Notes: generated by a model from the letters alone, not told the origin. DNA of 64,000 nucleotides from a virus (IMGVR_UViG_3300021086_000003:29398-93397); one strand, 5' to 3'; numbered from the stretch's first letter, positions 1-9,134 are shown. Program-made: numbers and translations.

Positions 1-170
1 TGCTGGGCACCCAGTGGGTTGAGCCGTATCGGGGGCGGGACGAAGACGCGAAATCGTACCTGCTGGGCAAACTCCCGGCGGCGGCCCGCGAGTACGTCGA
101 ACAGCACCGGGCCGAACTGGTCGCGGTCCTCACTGGCGCCAACACCACCACGAAAGGCGTCGCATCGTGA
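1..170 (+). CDS. Partial gene (3' end only), possibly a replication protein
   Basis: Open frame LGTQWVEPY...GVAS ends TGA 168-170 overlapping the helicase GTG; function guessed from position only. Confidence 0.55.
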   Translation, partial: LGTQWVEPYRGRDEDAKSYLLGKLPAAAREYVEQHRAELVAVLTGANTTTKGVAS

Positions 171-1483
171 CCATCCTGGACGAGACAGACCCGTTGGCGC
201 AGTGGCAACCGCAGTGCGACCCGGTCACCGGCAACACCACCGAGTTCGAGCGCCGCGTCCTGGCGTCGGCGTTGTACGCGAACACCGCGCCCGCGGAAGT
301 GTTGGAGCGGTTGCTGCCGGAGCACTTCTACCGGCCGGCGCACGGCGAAATCTGGCGGGTCGTCACCGAAGTGTTGCTCGCGGGGGATGACCTGGACATC
401 ACCCGCGTGATCGACATGTTGCGGGACACCGCGCCCGGCGCGATCGACGCGCTGCACCGGATCGCGTCGGCCGGGCCGGGCATGATGGCCGTGGACGTCG
501 ACTACCTCGCCGACAAAATCATCGACGGCTGGTATGCGCGCCGAGTGCAGGAGAAACTCATCCGCGCCCAGCAGCGCCTCGCCGCCGGGTATGCCCAGCA
601 GGCCAACGACATCCTGACCGGCGACGACGAGTACCAGCCCGAACGGTACGGCTGGACGCTGGACGAAATCTACGACGAACTGGTCGAGGAAGCCCAACAG
701 CCGAACCTGGTGGTGCCAACCCCGTGGCGCACCATCAACTCGGCGCTGTTCGGCGGCCTGTCACCGGGCAGGCTGTACGTGTTCGCCGGCGCACCGGGTA
801 CGGGCAAAACGATGTCGGCGCAGATGGTGACGGCGCACGCTGCGACCACGGGGGCGGGTGCGATGTTCTTTTCCCTGGAGATGTCCCGCACCGAGTTGCT
901 GCGCCGCCTGTTTGCGTCGGGCGCGGGCGTGCCGATGGCCGAGGCGATGTCGCACGAGTTCTTGCTGACCAGCGATTCGGCTCGTCACGTGCACGAGTTC
1001 CGCGCCACGGTGCGGGATGCCGGACACAACCTGATCGTGAACGACCAGGAAGGGTTGACCGTGGAAACGGTGCGCGCCAAGGCAAGCCTGGCGGCACGCC
1101 GCCACAACCTGGGCGTGGTCGTGGTGGACTACCTGCAACTGGTCGACGCACCCACGACACGCAACGAGGTCGAACAGGTCCGGCACGTGGCCCGCGGGTT
1201 GAAGTCCCTCGCGAAACGGCTCCGCAAGCCGGTGCTGGCGTTGGCGCAACCGAACCGCAACGCCTCCTACCAGGACCGGAAGCTGGTGATGTCGGACCTG
1301 CACGGCAGCTCGGAGATCGAGAAAGCCGCCGACGTGATCGTGTTGCTGAACCGGGAAGTCAACGATGACGCCGACGTGCCGACCATGTTCGTCGAGTTCG
1401 ACATCGTCAAGAACCGCCAGGGCCGCCTGGCCCAGGTCCGGATGCTGTTCGACGGCTCCCGCCAGTCATTCCAGGAGTCGTGA
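167..1483 (+). CDS. dnaB: DnaB-like replicative helicase, divergent copy 1
   Basis: N-domain EHFYRPAH; Walker A GAPGTGKT; FSLEM; Walker B VVVDYLQ; LAQPNR; KNRQG. Confidence 0.9.
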   Translation: MTILDETDPLAQWQPQCDPVTGNTTEFERRVLASALYANTAPAEVLERLLPEHFYRPAHGEIWRVVTEVLLAGDDLDITRVIDMLRDTAPGAIDALHRIASAGPGMMAVDVDYLADKIIDGWYARRVQEKLIRAQQRLAAGYAQQANDILTGDDEYQPERYGWTLDEIYDELVEEAQQPNLVVPTPWRTINSALFGGLSPGRLYVFAGAPGTGKTMSAQMVTAHAATTGAGAMFFSLEMSRTELLRRLFASGAGVPMAEAMSHEFLLTSDSARHVHEFRATVRDAGHNLIVNDQEGLTVETVRAKASLAARRHNLGVVVVDYLQLVDAPTTRNEVEQVRHVARGLKSLAKRLRKPVLALAQPNRNASYQDRKLVMSDLHGSSEIEKAADVIVLLNREVNDDADVPTMFVEFDIVKNRQGRLAQVRMLFDGSRQSFQES

Positions 1484-1487
1484 TCCA

Positions 1488-2843
1488 GTGACCGTTATTG
1501 ACCTGCACCCACCGTCACCAGTAGGCGAGCGGAAGCCGCCGCAGGACCTCGCTGCGGAACAGTCCGTGCTCGGCGGCATGATGCTGTCGAAAGACGCCAT
1601 TGCCGATGTGATCGAAGAGTTGGGTCCTGCCGACTTCTACCGCCCGGCCCACCAGGCCGTCTACGACTGCGTACTGGACCTCTACGGCCGAGGCGAACCA
1701 GCCGACCCGATCACGGTGTCGGCCGAGCTCGAACGGCGCGGCGAACTGGGCAAGATCGGCGGCGGGCCGTATCTGCATACCCTGATCGCGACGGTGCCGA
1801 CGGCGGCGAACGCTGGCTACTACGCGGGAATAGTGGCCGAGAAGGCGGTGCTGCGGCGGCTGGTCGAGGCCGGCACCCGGATCGTGCAGTTGGGCTACAA
1901 CGGCGCAGCCGGGGCACCAGTTGATGAGGTGGTAGACCGGGCACAAGCCGCGATCTACGACGTGACCGAGCGCCGCGCGGCCGAGGACTACCAGACCCTG
2001 GAAGCGCTGTTGCAGCCGACGATGGACGAGTTGGATGCGATCGCGTCCCGCGGCGGATCGTCGCTGGGGGTGCGGACGGGGTTCACTGATTTGGATGACC
2101 TGACCAACGGTTTGCACCCTGGCCAGTTTGTGTGCGTGGCTGGCCGGCCCGGCCAGGGCAAGTCGACGCTGGCACTGGACGTAGCGAGATCGTGCTCGGT
2201 GAAGCACGGCATGACCAGCGTGATCTTCTCCCTGGAGATGTCCCGCACCGAGATCGTGATGCGCATGCTGTCTGCGGAGGCCAAGATCCGGTTGACTGAT
2301 ATGCGGGGCGGGCGGATGTCAGACGAGGACTGGACCCGGCTCGCCCGGCGCATGGGGGAAATCAACGAGGCACCGCTCTACATCGACGACTCGCCGAACC
2401 TGACCATGATGGAGATTAGGGCCAAGGCCCGTAGGCTCAAGCAGCGCAACGACCTACGTCTCGTCGTGGTGGACTATTTGCAGTTGATGACCTCCGGGAA
2501 GCGGGTTGAGTCTCGGCAACAAGAGGTGTCGGAGTTCTCCCGAAACCTGAAGTTGCTCGCGAAGGAACTAGAAGTCCCGATTGTTGTGGTAAGCCAGCTT
2601 AACCGTGGGCCAGAGCAGCGGGCCGACAAGCGCCCTCTATTGTCTGATTTGCGCGAATCGGGCGCCGTTGAGCAGGACTCGGACATCGTCGTCCTGATTC
2701 ACCGGCCAGACTGCTACGAGAGGGACGATCGGCCAGGCGAGGCGGACCTTGTCGTAGCGAAGAATCGAGCGGGCCCCACCATGACCATCACTGTGGCGCA
2801 CCAACTGCACTACAGCCGGTTCGTAGACCTCGCGCGCGCGTAA
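1488..2843 (+). CDS. dnaB: DnaB replicative helicase, host-like copy 2
   Basis: PPQDLAAEQSVLGGM, GRPGQGKST, FSLEM, VVDYLQL, SQLNR, DLRESG, KNRAG; GTG 1488 just after the copy 1 stop. Confidence 0.95.
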   Translation: MTVIDLHPPSPVGERKPPQDLAAEQSVLGGMMLSKDAIADVIEELGPADFYRPAHQAVYDCVLDLYGRGEPADPITVSAELERRGELGKIGGGPYLHTLIATVPTAANAGYYAGIVAEKAVLRRLVEAGTRIVQLGYNGAAGAPVDEVVDRAQAAIYDVTERRAAEDYQTLEALLQPTMDELDAIASRGGSSLGVRTGFTDLDDLTNGLHPGQFVCVAGRPGQGKSTLALDVARSCSVKHGMTSVIFSLEMSRTEIVMRMLSAEAKIRLTDMRGGRMSDEDWTRLARRMGEINEAPLYIDDSPNLTMMEIRAKARRLKQRNDLRLVVVDYLQLMTSGKRVESRQQEVSEFSRNLKLLAKELEVPIVVVSQLNRGPEQRADKRPLLSDLRESGAVEQDSDIVVLIHRPDCYERDDRPGEADLVVAKNRAGPTMTITVAHQLHYSRFVDLARA

Positions 2844-2870
2844 CCCCGAAACACGGCGGAAAGGGAACAG

Positions 2871-3254
2871 ATGGAATGGAACGTGGCATCGTGGGCACAA
2901 CTGGCAAGAAAGGGAGAATACCAGGCACACCGTAAGGCGTACGGCACAGCGTCGGGCATGACGTTCGACGTGATCACCGAAGCCCTCGCGTCCGCCGCGG
3001 AGGACAGCGGCCTGCTCCCGGACTTCGAGCTCCCCGCGTTCTATCGCACCCACATCGCGAAGTTGCTGTGCACCGATGACGCCGACGCACACTCGGGGTT
3101 CCGGGAGTTGACCTACGACGCGTTCGCCGCGGTGGTGCTGATGGAGCACCTCAATCGGCTGCTCGCGGTGGGGTTGCTGGCCCAGGCGAAAGAGGGCCCC
3201 GACTACCACCTGGCGCTACCGGGCGCCGGCGAGGATGGCCGGCGTGGCGATTGA
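2871..3254 (+). CDS. Hypothetical protein
   Basis: 127-aa ORF with RBS-like AGGGA and GC3-biased codons. Confidence 0.7.
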   Translation: MEWNVASWAQLARKGEYQAHRKAYGTASGMTFDVITEALASAAEDSGLLPDFELPAFYRTHIAKLLCTDDADAHSGFRELTYDAFAAVVLMEHLNRLLAVGLLAQAKEGPDYHLALPGAGEDGRRGD

Positions 3255-3466
3255 GTACCTCGAGGTGTGGCAGCAGGCCGTGGAACACCAAAAGCACCAC
3301 GGGCCCGGCCACTTAACCATGTGGCCGGGGGACTCGCCGAAACCGTCCCGCATGTGCACCCAGCGCGACGCGGGCCAAAGCGGACGCCACTCACCTCATG
3401 GCGGCAGCGCAGGCACTGCACCAAGCCACAGTCGGCTGGTTCATCAAACTGGAAGGGAGCACACCG

Positions 3467-4009
3467 ATGGAAGCGGATGTGACGGCCCGCGCGTTCATGC
3501 CGGCGGATCGGGCGTTGGCGGTGGTGCACACCGGCCGGATCTACCCGCCAGGGCAGTACGCGGAGATTCACGCCGCCGGTATCACGGCCGCTGACGACCG
3601 GGTCGCGGACGCGTTGAACGTGGCTCGCGGCAGTGATGTGGTGTACCGGGCCAGGGTCACCTACAGCGAGGAGCATGAGCGGGTGTCGTGCTCCATGTCG
3701 TGGTTCCCGACGGCCTGCCTGGAGCAGTGCCCGGACCTGCTGCGCATCGGTCGCATCGTGGGTGGCACAGCCTCCTATGTGGCGGTGAACACGGGCCGGA
3801 CCGGGCCGGTCAGCGGTGTGGACTGGGTCGCGGCCAGTATCGCTACCGACCAGGAGGCGGCGTTGTTGCGTATCCCGCCCGGCTCGGCGGTGCTGCGGAC
3901 CCGGAACACGTGGGTGGCGTCGGACGGCACGGCGCTGGAGTATGGCGAGTCGGTGCAGCCGGCGGAGCGGTGGGGCGCGTACCGCTACGACCTGCCCGGC
4001 GCGCTGTGA
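3467..4009 (+). CDS. UTRA-domain protein (GntR/HutC, KorSA-like) lacking the N-terminal HTH
   Basis: TGRIYPPG...VADAL...SWF...VLRTRNTW...EYGES pattern; in-frame TAA at 3314 leaves no room for an HTH; RBS GGAAGGGAG; alternative start 3398. Confidence 0.7.
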   Translation: MEADVTARAFMPADRALAVVHTGRIYPPGQYAEIHAAGITAADDRVADALNVARGSDVVYRARVTYSEEHERVSCSMSWFPTACLEQCPDLLRIGRIVGGTASYVAVNTGRTGPVSGVDWVAASIATDQEAALLRIPPGSAVLRTRNTWVASDGTALEYGESVQPAERWGAYRYDLPGAL

Positions 4010-4257
4010 TGGCCACCCCGGAGGTGCCGGACAGTGTCGCGGTGTGGCTGGTTGGGGATGTCCCGATGACGGTGGAGCGGGCCCAGCGGATCAGGGCGTG
4101 GCGGGTGGCGCAGGGGTTTACGTGGCGGGCGATCGCGGTGGCGGCGAGCAGTGCCTGGGGCAGCGACTACGCCGGGAATCCCCGACGGGGTCACGCCCTG
4201 TGTTGGAAGGCGGCTACGACACTGGGCGAGGACCCGGATGCCCGACCGTGGAACTAG
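4009..4257 (+). CDS. Hypothetical protein
   Basis: TGATG overlap with the upstream stop; 82 aa. Confidence 0.65.
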   Translation: MATPEVPDSVAVWLVGDVPMTVERAQRIRAWRVAQGFTWRAIAVAASSAWGSDYAGNPRRGHALCWKAATTLGEDPDARPWN

Positions 4258-4529
4258 GGAATATCGCGGCCGAAGCCGGTGAGTTTCGGCAGGACCCGCC
4301 ATACCCGTCCGCCGTCGCAGTCGGACCGGCCGCATGAGTGGTAGGACTGGCCGGTAACCGGGTCGCGAAGCTTGTTTCCACCGTCGCAGTGCCGGCAGTC
4401 CCGCTGCGGCCAGATAGCGGAGTGGATCGCCCACAGGACGAGCACGACCGCCACGAGTAACCACACGCTCTGCGATTCCGGCCGATGCCACACGAGGGCA
4501 CCCAATCCGAGAGGAACGACGAAACGCAT
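4254..4529 (-). CDS. Small membrane protein with Zn-ribbon
   Basis: Hydrophobic helix followed by WPQRDCRHCDG and CGRSDCDG. Confidence 0.65.
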   Translation of the reverse strand: MRFVVPLGLGALVWHRPESQSVWLLVAVVLVLWAIHSAIWPQRDCRHCDGGNKLRDPVTGQSYHSCGRSDCDGGRVWRVLPKLTGFGRDIP

Positions 4530-4598
4530 AGCCCCCAGCCCCTTTCGGGTGTGTCGTGGTGGATGAAACGGCCATTCTATCGGCGCGCGGAGGATCGG

Positions 4599-5324
4599 TC
4601 AGGCGCCGATCCGGGCGAAGTCGGCCCGTATCCGGTCAGCGGCGGCCAACGCCCGGAACACGGCGTGCCGGCCCGGCAGGGCGAGGACAGCGGGTGCGGT
4701 GCGGAGTTCCCCGACGGCCAGCCCGAGTACCCCGATGGACCCGGGCGTCCACGCCCCGGCTGCCTGGTCCGCGGCGAGTTCGTCCAGCCATTCCCGTTCG
4801 GTGACCTGGTAGCGGTCCGCTGCGGCGAGGAGGCGGGTGGCGACGTCGTCCAGGAGTACGTGGCGGGTGGCTACCCACGCGGCCCGGGTGTCGCCGTGGC
4901 GGGCGTGCAGGGCGGCTTCCCGGCGGGCTTCGCGGGTGAGCTTCTCGTCCGGCCGGTCCCCGTTCAACAGTGCTTCGAGGCGGTCCAGGCGGTCGCGGGG
5001 GCCCTGCCGGGTGGTCATGCCCAGCGCGGCCCCGACCTGGGAGGCGTGGAGCAGTTGCAGGGCGTCCCGGACTACGTCGCGTTCACGGCGTTTGTCGTCC
5101 CACCACAGCCACACGGCAAGGGTGATCCGATCGACTGCGTCGGCGGATCGGACGCCTTCGGGGTTGTCGGGGTTGTGGGCGTAGGTGGCGAGGTAGTCCA
5201 GGACGTCGCGGGGGTCGGTGGTGATCAGGCCCCAGGTGGGGTCGTTCGCGGCGGCGTGCCGCCTGCGGATGTGCTGAATCGTTTCGACCAGCGCGGTTGT
5301 GGTGACGGGGGGAGGGGTCGTCAT
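4599..5324 (-). CDS. Hypothetical protein
   Basis: 241-aa ORF from ATG 5324, GC3-biased. Confidence 0.75.
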   Translation of the reverse strand: MTTPPPVTTTALVETIQHIRRRHAAANDPTWGLITTDPRDVLDYLATYAHNPDNPEGVRSADAVDRITLAVWLWWDDKRRERDVVRDALQLLHASQVGAALGMTTRQGPRDRLDRLEALLNGDRPDEKLTREARREAALHARHGDTRAAWVATRHVLLDDVATRLLAAADRYQVTEREWLDELAADQAAGAWTPGSIGVLGLAVGELRTAPAVLALPGRHAVFRALAAADRIRADFARIGA

Positions 5325-5351
5325 GCCTGTCAGTGTTTCACTGACGGACGC

Positions 5352-5383
5352 TAGACACAACCGTAGCTGTAGGGTAGGCTACA
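5352..5383 (+). promoter_or_regulatory. Promoter with palindromic operator TGTAGGGTAGGCTACA
   Basis: TAGACA-N17-TAGGCT; operator matches two copies at 6975-7013. Confidence 0.6.
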
Positions 5384-5409
5384 GATATTCGACCACCACG
5401 GAGGACACC

Positions 5410-5823
5410 ATGACCGAGACCATCGACACCGTAAAGGTCGGCAGCCGGGTGCATTTCAAACTGTGCGATTCCGCAGTCATCCACGCGGCCGAGGTACTGG
5501 ACATCGAGGTCATCCCCGCTGGAAGTGTCTACTCGCCGGCCTACAAGATCTTCACGTGCAAGGACGACGTCACCGGCTGGATACACCGCCTGACCCAGGC
5601 TGACTTGCGGTACTGGGAAGGACCAGGGCCAGCGCGGACCGACGACAACGAGACCACCGGAACGTGCGAGGGCCCGAGCGGGTGCGGGGAACGCATCGGA
5701 CGGGTCGCCTACGACTTGTGGGCCACAGCCACCATCACCTGCGCCTTCCCTGGAGACCAGGAGCACGACCACGAGATGTGCCACGACGTGATCGCAGAAG
5801 AGAACGGCGCAGACCTCAAGTAG
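5410..5823 (+). CDS. Hypothetical protein
   Basis: RBS GGAGGA; 137 aa, acidic with Cys/His. Confidence 0.75.
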   Translation: MTETIDTVKVGSRVHFKLCDSAVIHAAEVLDIEVIPAGSVYSPAYKIFTCKDDVTGWIHRLTQADLRYWEGPGPARTDDNETTGTCEGPSGCGERIGRVAYDLWATATITCAFPGDQEHDHEMCHDVIAEENGADLK

Positions 5824-5910
5824 CTGGACGAAACACTCACGCCGGGAGGGTGTCGGTGTCGCCGGGATTCGAGACCGGCCCGATGAGTCCCTCCCGCCAC
5901 AGGAGTACCC

Positions 5911-6178
5911 GTGACGATCAAGATCACCACCGCTGACCAGTGGGCTGACGCCCTGGATGCCGCAAGCCGCTCCTATGCCCGCGACGAGGGGGGCACCTGT
6001 TGGAGACCTGGTCTCCTGGGCCTACGCGAACGGCACCGCCGCCGGTATCGGCATCGACGGTGAAGCCGACGACGACTCCGGCAGCCAGCTCACCAGCGCC
6101 GACGGCCAATGGGTCGTGCGCTACAGCAGGCAAGACAGCTACTGGCGCGCCGTCGACGCCGACGCCGTGGAGGACTGA
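5911..6178 (+). pseudogene. Small gene split by a +1 frameshift at a G6 tract
   Basis: RBS AGGAG and GTG 5911 frame joins the 5957-6178 frame if one G of 5988-5993 is removed. Confidence 0.6.
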
Positions 6179-6181
6179 GGC

Positions 6182-6601
6182 ATGACCGCCACGCAACGTC
6201 AGATCGAAACGATCGCTACGGAAGCACGCCGCGCTGGATTCGCCGACCCGCAATACGCCTGTATCCAGGCCGGCATCCCCTCGCGCAACTGGAAATACGA
6301 CCTGACGCGCTCCGACGCCAGCGCCCTGATTGACCAGTTGCGTGATGGCCTCACGCCCGCGACCGACGACACGCCGACAGCCTCGTACACCGCGACCGCG
6401 GGCGGCATGTCCGCCGTGGACGCGCTCACCGTGCTCGGCCACACCGCGTCGATAGCTGTCGGTGAAGACAAGCGGCAGGGCAAGGTGTGCTCGATCGAAC
6501 CGTCCGGCAAGGACGGCACCCCCGCGCTGTGCATGCTCCTGACCGATGGCCGCACGTGGCGCATCCGCATCTCCCGCATCACCGCCTGGGCCATGGGCTG
6601 A
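6182..6601 (+). CDS. Hypothetical protein
   Basis: 139-aa ORF with RBS. Confidence 0.75.
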   Translation: MTATQRQIETIATEARRAGFADPQYACIQAGIPSRNWKYDLTRSDASALIDQLRDGLTPATDDTPTASYTATAGGMSAVDALTVLGHTASIAVGEDKRQGKVCSIEPSGKDGTPALCMLLTDGRTWRIRISRITAWAMG

Positions 6602-6661
6602 CCGACGCTACAACCGGCCTGACGTATCTGCGCCGCCCCCACCCCACTCAGGAGAGCCGAT

Positions 6662-6979
6662 ATGAATCTCGACGCCAAGCCCTTCGCTCAAATCGCCGCA
6701 GAAGAAGGCATCCCAGTCCAACTGGCGGCCGGCGTGCTGGGCGAACTCACCGACCAGTTCGGCCACGACCAGATCAAAGAGCCCACCGAATCGTGGCTCC
6801 AGGTCTACATCAGGCCGGACGCCGAGGGCCTGGTGCGCGAGCGGCTTCACGCGTGCGTCTGCACCCACGCCGACAGTCCTATCCTCTGCGAGGAGGCCGG
6901 CTGCGACGCCGAAGACTGCCCTGACATCCACATCGACCCGACATGCCCGGTGCACGGGACTCCGTCACCGGTGCTGTAG
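6662..6979 (+). CDS. Hypothetical acidic Cys/His protein
   Basis: RBS AGGAG; C-terminal Cys/His cluster. Confidence 0.75.
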   Translation: MNLDAKPFAQIAAEEGIPVQLAAGVLGELTDQFGHDQIKEPTESWLQVYIRPDAEGLVRERLHACVCTHADSPILCEEAGCDAEDCPDIHIDPTCPVHGTPSPVL

Positions 6980-7013
6980 CCAAGGCTACGACTATGGTGT
7001 AGACTAGGCTACA
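6975..7013 (+). promoter_or_regulatory. Two operator palindromes over a leaderless promoter
   Basis: TGTAGCCAAGGCTACG and TGTAGACTAGGCTACA; -10 TAGACT ends 7 nt before ATG 7013. Confidence 0.65.
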
Positions 7014-7357
7014 TGACGACGAGCTACTACCGCCTCCAGGACGCGGACCGCGACCCGGCCGAACTGCTGGACCCGGACTACCAGTGGAGCAGCGACTGGA
7101 GCGGTATCAACGACCCCCGCCAGGGTGTCTCCACCTGCGGCACAGTGCACTCGCTGATCAGCTACTTCGCGGCCCGCGCGGAGTCCTGCGACTACGACGC
7201 CGATTTCCTCTCGACCCTTGTCATGGTCGAGGTCGAAGGCACCCTGGCCGGCGAAGAGGACCAGGACGCCGCCGAAGGTGCCGTGCTCGTCATCCCCACC
7301 CGCATCGTCTCGGCGATCCCGCTGGACGACGACACGATCGCCGCGATCTGCGGCTGA
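7013..7357 (+). CDS. Hypothetical acidic protein (leaderless)
   Basis: 114-aa ORF. Confidence 0.75.
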   Translation: MTTSYYRLQDADRDPAELLDPDYQWSSDWSGINDPRQGVSTCGTVHSLISYFAARAESCDYDADFLSTLVMVEVEGTLAGEEDQDAAEGAVLVIPTRIVSAIPLDDDTIAAICG

Positions 7358-7373
7358 CCCACAGGAGCATCTG

Positions 7374-7658
7374 ATGACGCAGTACAGCATGTCCATCCGC
7401 CGCCCCTTCGGCACCCAGCCCGGATCGGCCTCGGTCAATGTCACCGTGTGGCGGTCAGAACCTGGCCAAACCCCGGACAAGGTGGCGTTCGGGCGGGCCG
7501 CACTGTCCGATGGTGAAATCTCCTCCGAGGACCCTCGTCGTCTGCTGGTGCGCGCGTACGGCACCGACGGCACCGTGTACGAGGAGTCCGGCTCGTGGGA
7601 CCCAACAATGTACGAGTACATCGCAGACGCCCGGGTCATCCGCGAAGGCCAGTCGTGA
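7374..7658 (+). CDS. Hypothetical protein
   Basis: RBS AGGAG; 94 aa. Confidence 0.75.
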   Translation: MTQYSMSIRRPFGTQPGSASVNVTVWRSEPGQTPDKVAFGRAALSDGEISSEDPRRLLVRAYGTDGTVYEESGSWDPTMYEYIADARVIREGQS

Positions 7659-8029
7659 CCGCGATGGAGGCGTGGTTGGCTGATGGCCACGACCTGACCA
7701 CCGAGCAGGTCGACCAGCTCGCCGCGACAGCTCGCGAGATCGCCGCCCGCTACCCCAACTCCGACGACCAGGACAAGCGCGACGCAGCCCTGACGGCGGC
7801 GTACCGGCTGATGGTGGAGGCCCCAGGCAGCGTGGTGAAGGACCTGGCCGTCGAGTTGGCTCTAACTCGGCTGACCGAACTTCGCGTGCTCGCCGCGATC
7901 AGGCAGTGCGCGGTCACCCTGGTCGTGGACGACTCCAGTCGGGGGATCGAGTCGGCGGGCGGGTTCGCCCGCGAGGTAGGCATGGATCGGTCCAGCGTGC
8001 GAGAGTGGCTGGGGAAAAGGCGCCGCTGA
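7655..8029 (+). CDS. Protein with C-terminal helix-turn-helix
   Basis: GTGA overlap; FAREVGMDRSSVREWLGK. Confidence 0.75.
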   Translation: MTAMEAWLADGHDLTTEQVDQLAATAREIAARYPNSDDQDKRDAALTAAYRLMVEAPGSVVKDLAVELALTRLTELRVLAAIRQCAVTLVVDDSSRGIESAGGFAREVGMDRSSVREWLGKRRR

Positions 8030-8037
8030 TCACGGCC

Positions 8038-8072
8038 CGCCAGGTCACCCGCGCGTGGCCTGGCGTCTTTTT
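8038..8072 (+). terminator. Intrinsic terminator
   Basis: CGCCAGGTCAC / GTGGCCTGGCG stem followed by TCTTTTT. Confidence 0.7.
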
Positions 8073-8338
8073 CGTTGGGCGGTGACGGTGCGTGTCAGCC
8101 GGATCGGTCGTCCATTTAACCCCAGCTCGTCCAGTAGCGCCGCCAGCACCTCCGACTGTGTCGTGGACAGACCGGCTCGTTGCGCTTCGGGGGATGCCGG
8201 AAGGTCGTCAGGCACGTGGTGCAGCACCCACCACGCCACGTACAGGGCGCGTCGCCGGACGATGTCCCCGCCGGGTGGGGTGTGGGCACCAGCGGTGTGG
8301 CCGCGGTCGCCGAGTTCGGAACCGACCCGCCCGGTCAA
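8045..8338 (-). CDS. Hypothetical protein
   Basis: 97 aa, ATGA overlap chain. Confidence 0.6.
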   Translation of the reverse strand: MTGRVGSELGDRGHTAGAHTPPGGDIVRRRALYVAWWVLHHVPDDLPASPEAQRAGLSTTQSEVLAALLDELGLNGRPIRLTRTVTAQRKRRQATRG

Positions 8339-8703
8339 CGGCGAATCCCGGGCGGGATGTCGGCGGCGGCCAGGAGTTGCCCGGGTTGGATCGCGGCAGC
8401 AGCGGCGTTGGCGATCCGCAGGTAGGCGGCGTCATCGGCCTGGTCAGTGGCGAATACGGCGGCGGGGACGAGGGTCACGGTGTAGCCGTGTAGCGCCCAC
8501 TCGTACACCAAGTGCGGGCAGATCAGGGTGGTTGCGGCAGCGTGCAGGACGCCCCAGTGGCGGGTGAGGGTGGTCGGGTCGAGTTCGGCGAGGCAGGGTT
8601 GTCGGCTGATCCACCACGCCCATTCGGGGCTGTCCGTGACAGGTGTTAACCCGTGGAGCGGGTCGCGGACGGGTCGGCGGGGCTGCTGGGCGCGGTGCGT
8701 CAT
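8335..8703 (-). CDS. Hypothetical protein
   Basis: 122 aa from ATG 8703, coupled to neighbours. Confidence 0.65.
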   Translation of the reverse strand: MTHRAQQPRRPVRDPLHGLTPVTDSPEWAWWISRQPCLAELDPTTLTRHWGVLHAAATTLICPHLVYEWALHGYTVTLVPAAVFATDQADDAAYLRIANAAAAAIQPGQLLAAADIPPGIRR

Positions 8704-8882
8704 GCGAGTGTCACCCACAACCAGATCGCGGCGACCAGGACGACGGTGACGGCGATGTCGGCCCGGCAGCGCGCGGTCCATAGGCGGAGGTGCGCGGCGT
8801 GGTGGGTGTGCCGGTGGCGGCGGGTGCGGTGGCGGTGTTTCCCGACGGGCCACGCCGGGTGGTGGGGCAGCGCGGCGATCAC
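8700..8882 (-). CDS. Small membrane protein
   Basis: C-terminal hydrophobic helix. Confidence 0.55.
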   Translation of the reverse strand: MIAALPHHPAWPVGKHRHRTRRHRHTHHAAHLRLWTARCRADIAVTVVLVAAIWLWVTLA

Positions 8883-8888
8883 GCGGCA

Positions 8889-9134
8889 TCACCGGTCGGG
8901 TGACTCCACCGGGTTGCGTCCCGCGGTTTCGGCGGCGCGGGTGCGGGCGGTGTGGGGTGGGCAGCGGGTGTGGCCGCGGCGGGGGACGAGGCGGGTGCAG
9001 GCGTGTCCGATGGGGGCCCGGCAGAACGGGCAGGGGACGCGGAGGGTGGAGGTGCCGACGACGCGTGGCCCGGCTGGGGTCCACGCGAGGTCGGTGCCGT
9101 GCCCTGGGCACGGGTGGTCACGCCAGGCCCGCAC
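8889..9134 (-). CDS. Zinc-finger protein
   Basis: CPFCRAPIGHAC...HTAR motif; start uncertain. Confidence 0.6.
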   Translation of the reverse strand: MRAWRDHPCPGHGTDLAWTPAGPRVVGTSTLRVPCPFCRAPIGHACTRLVPRRGHTRCPPHTARTRAAETAGRNPVESPDR

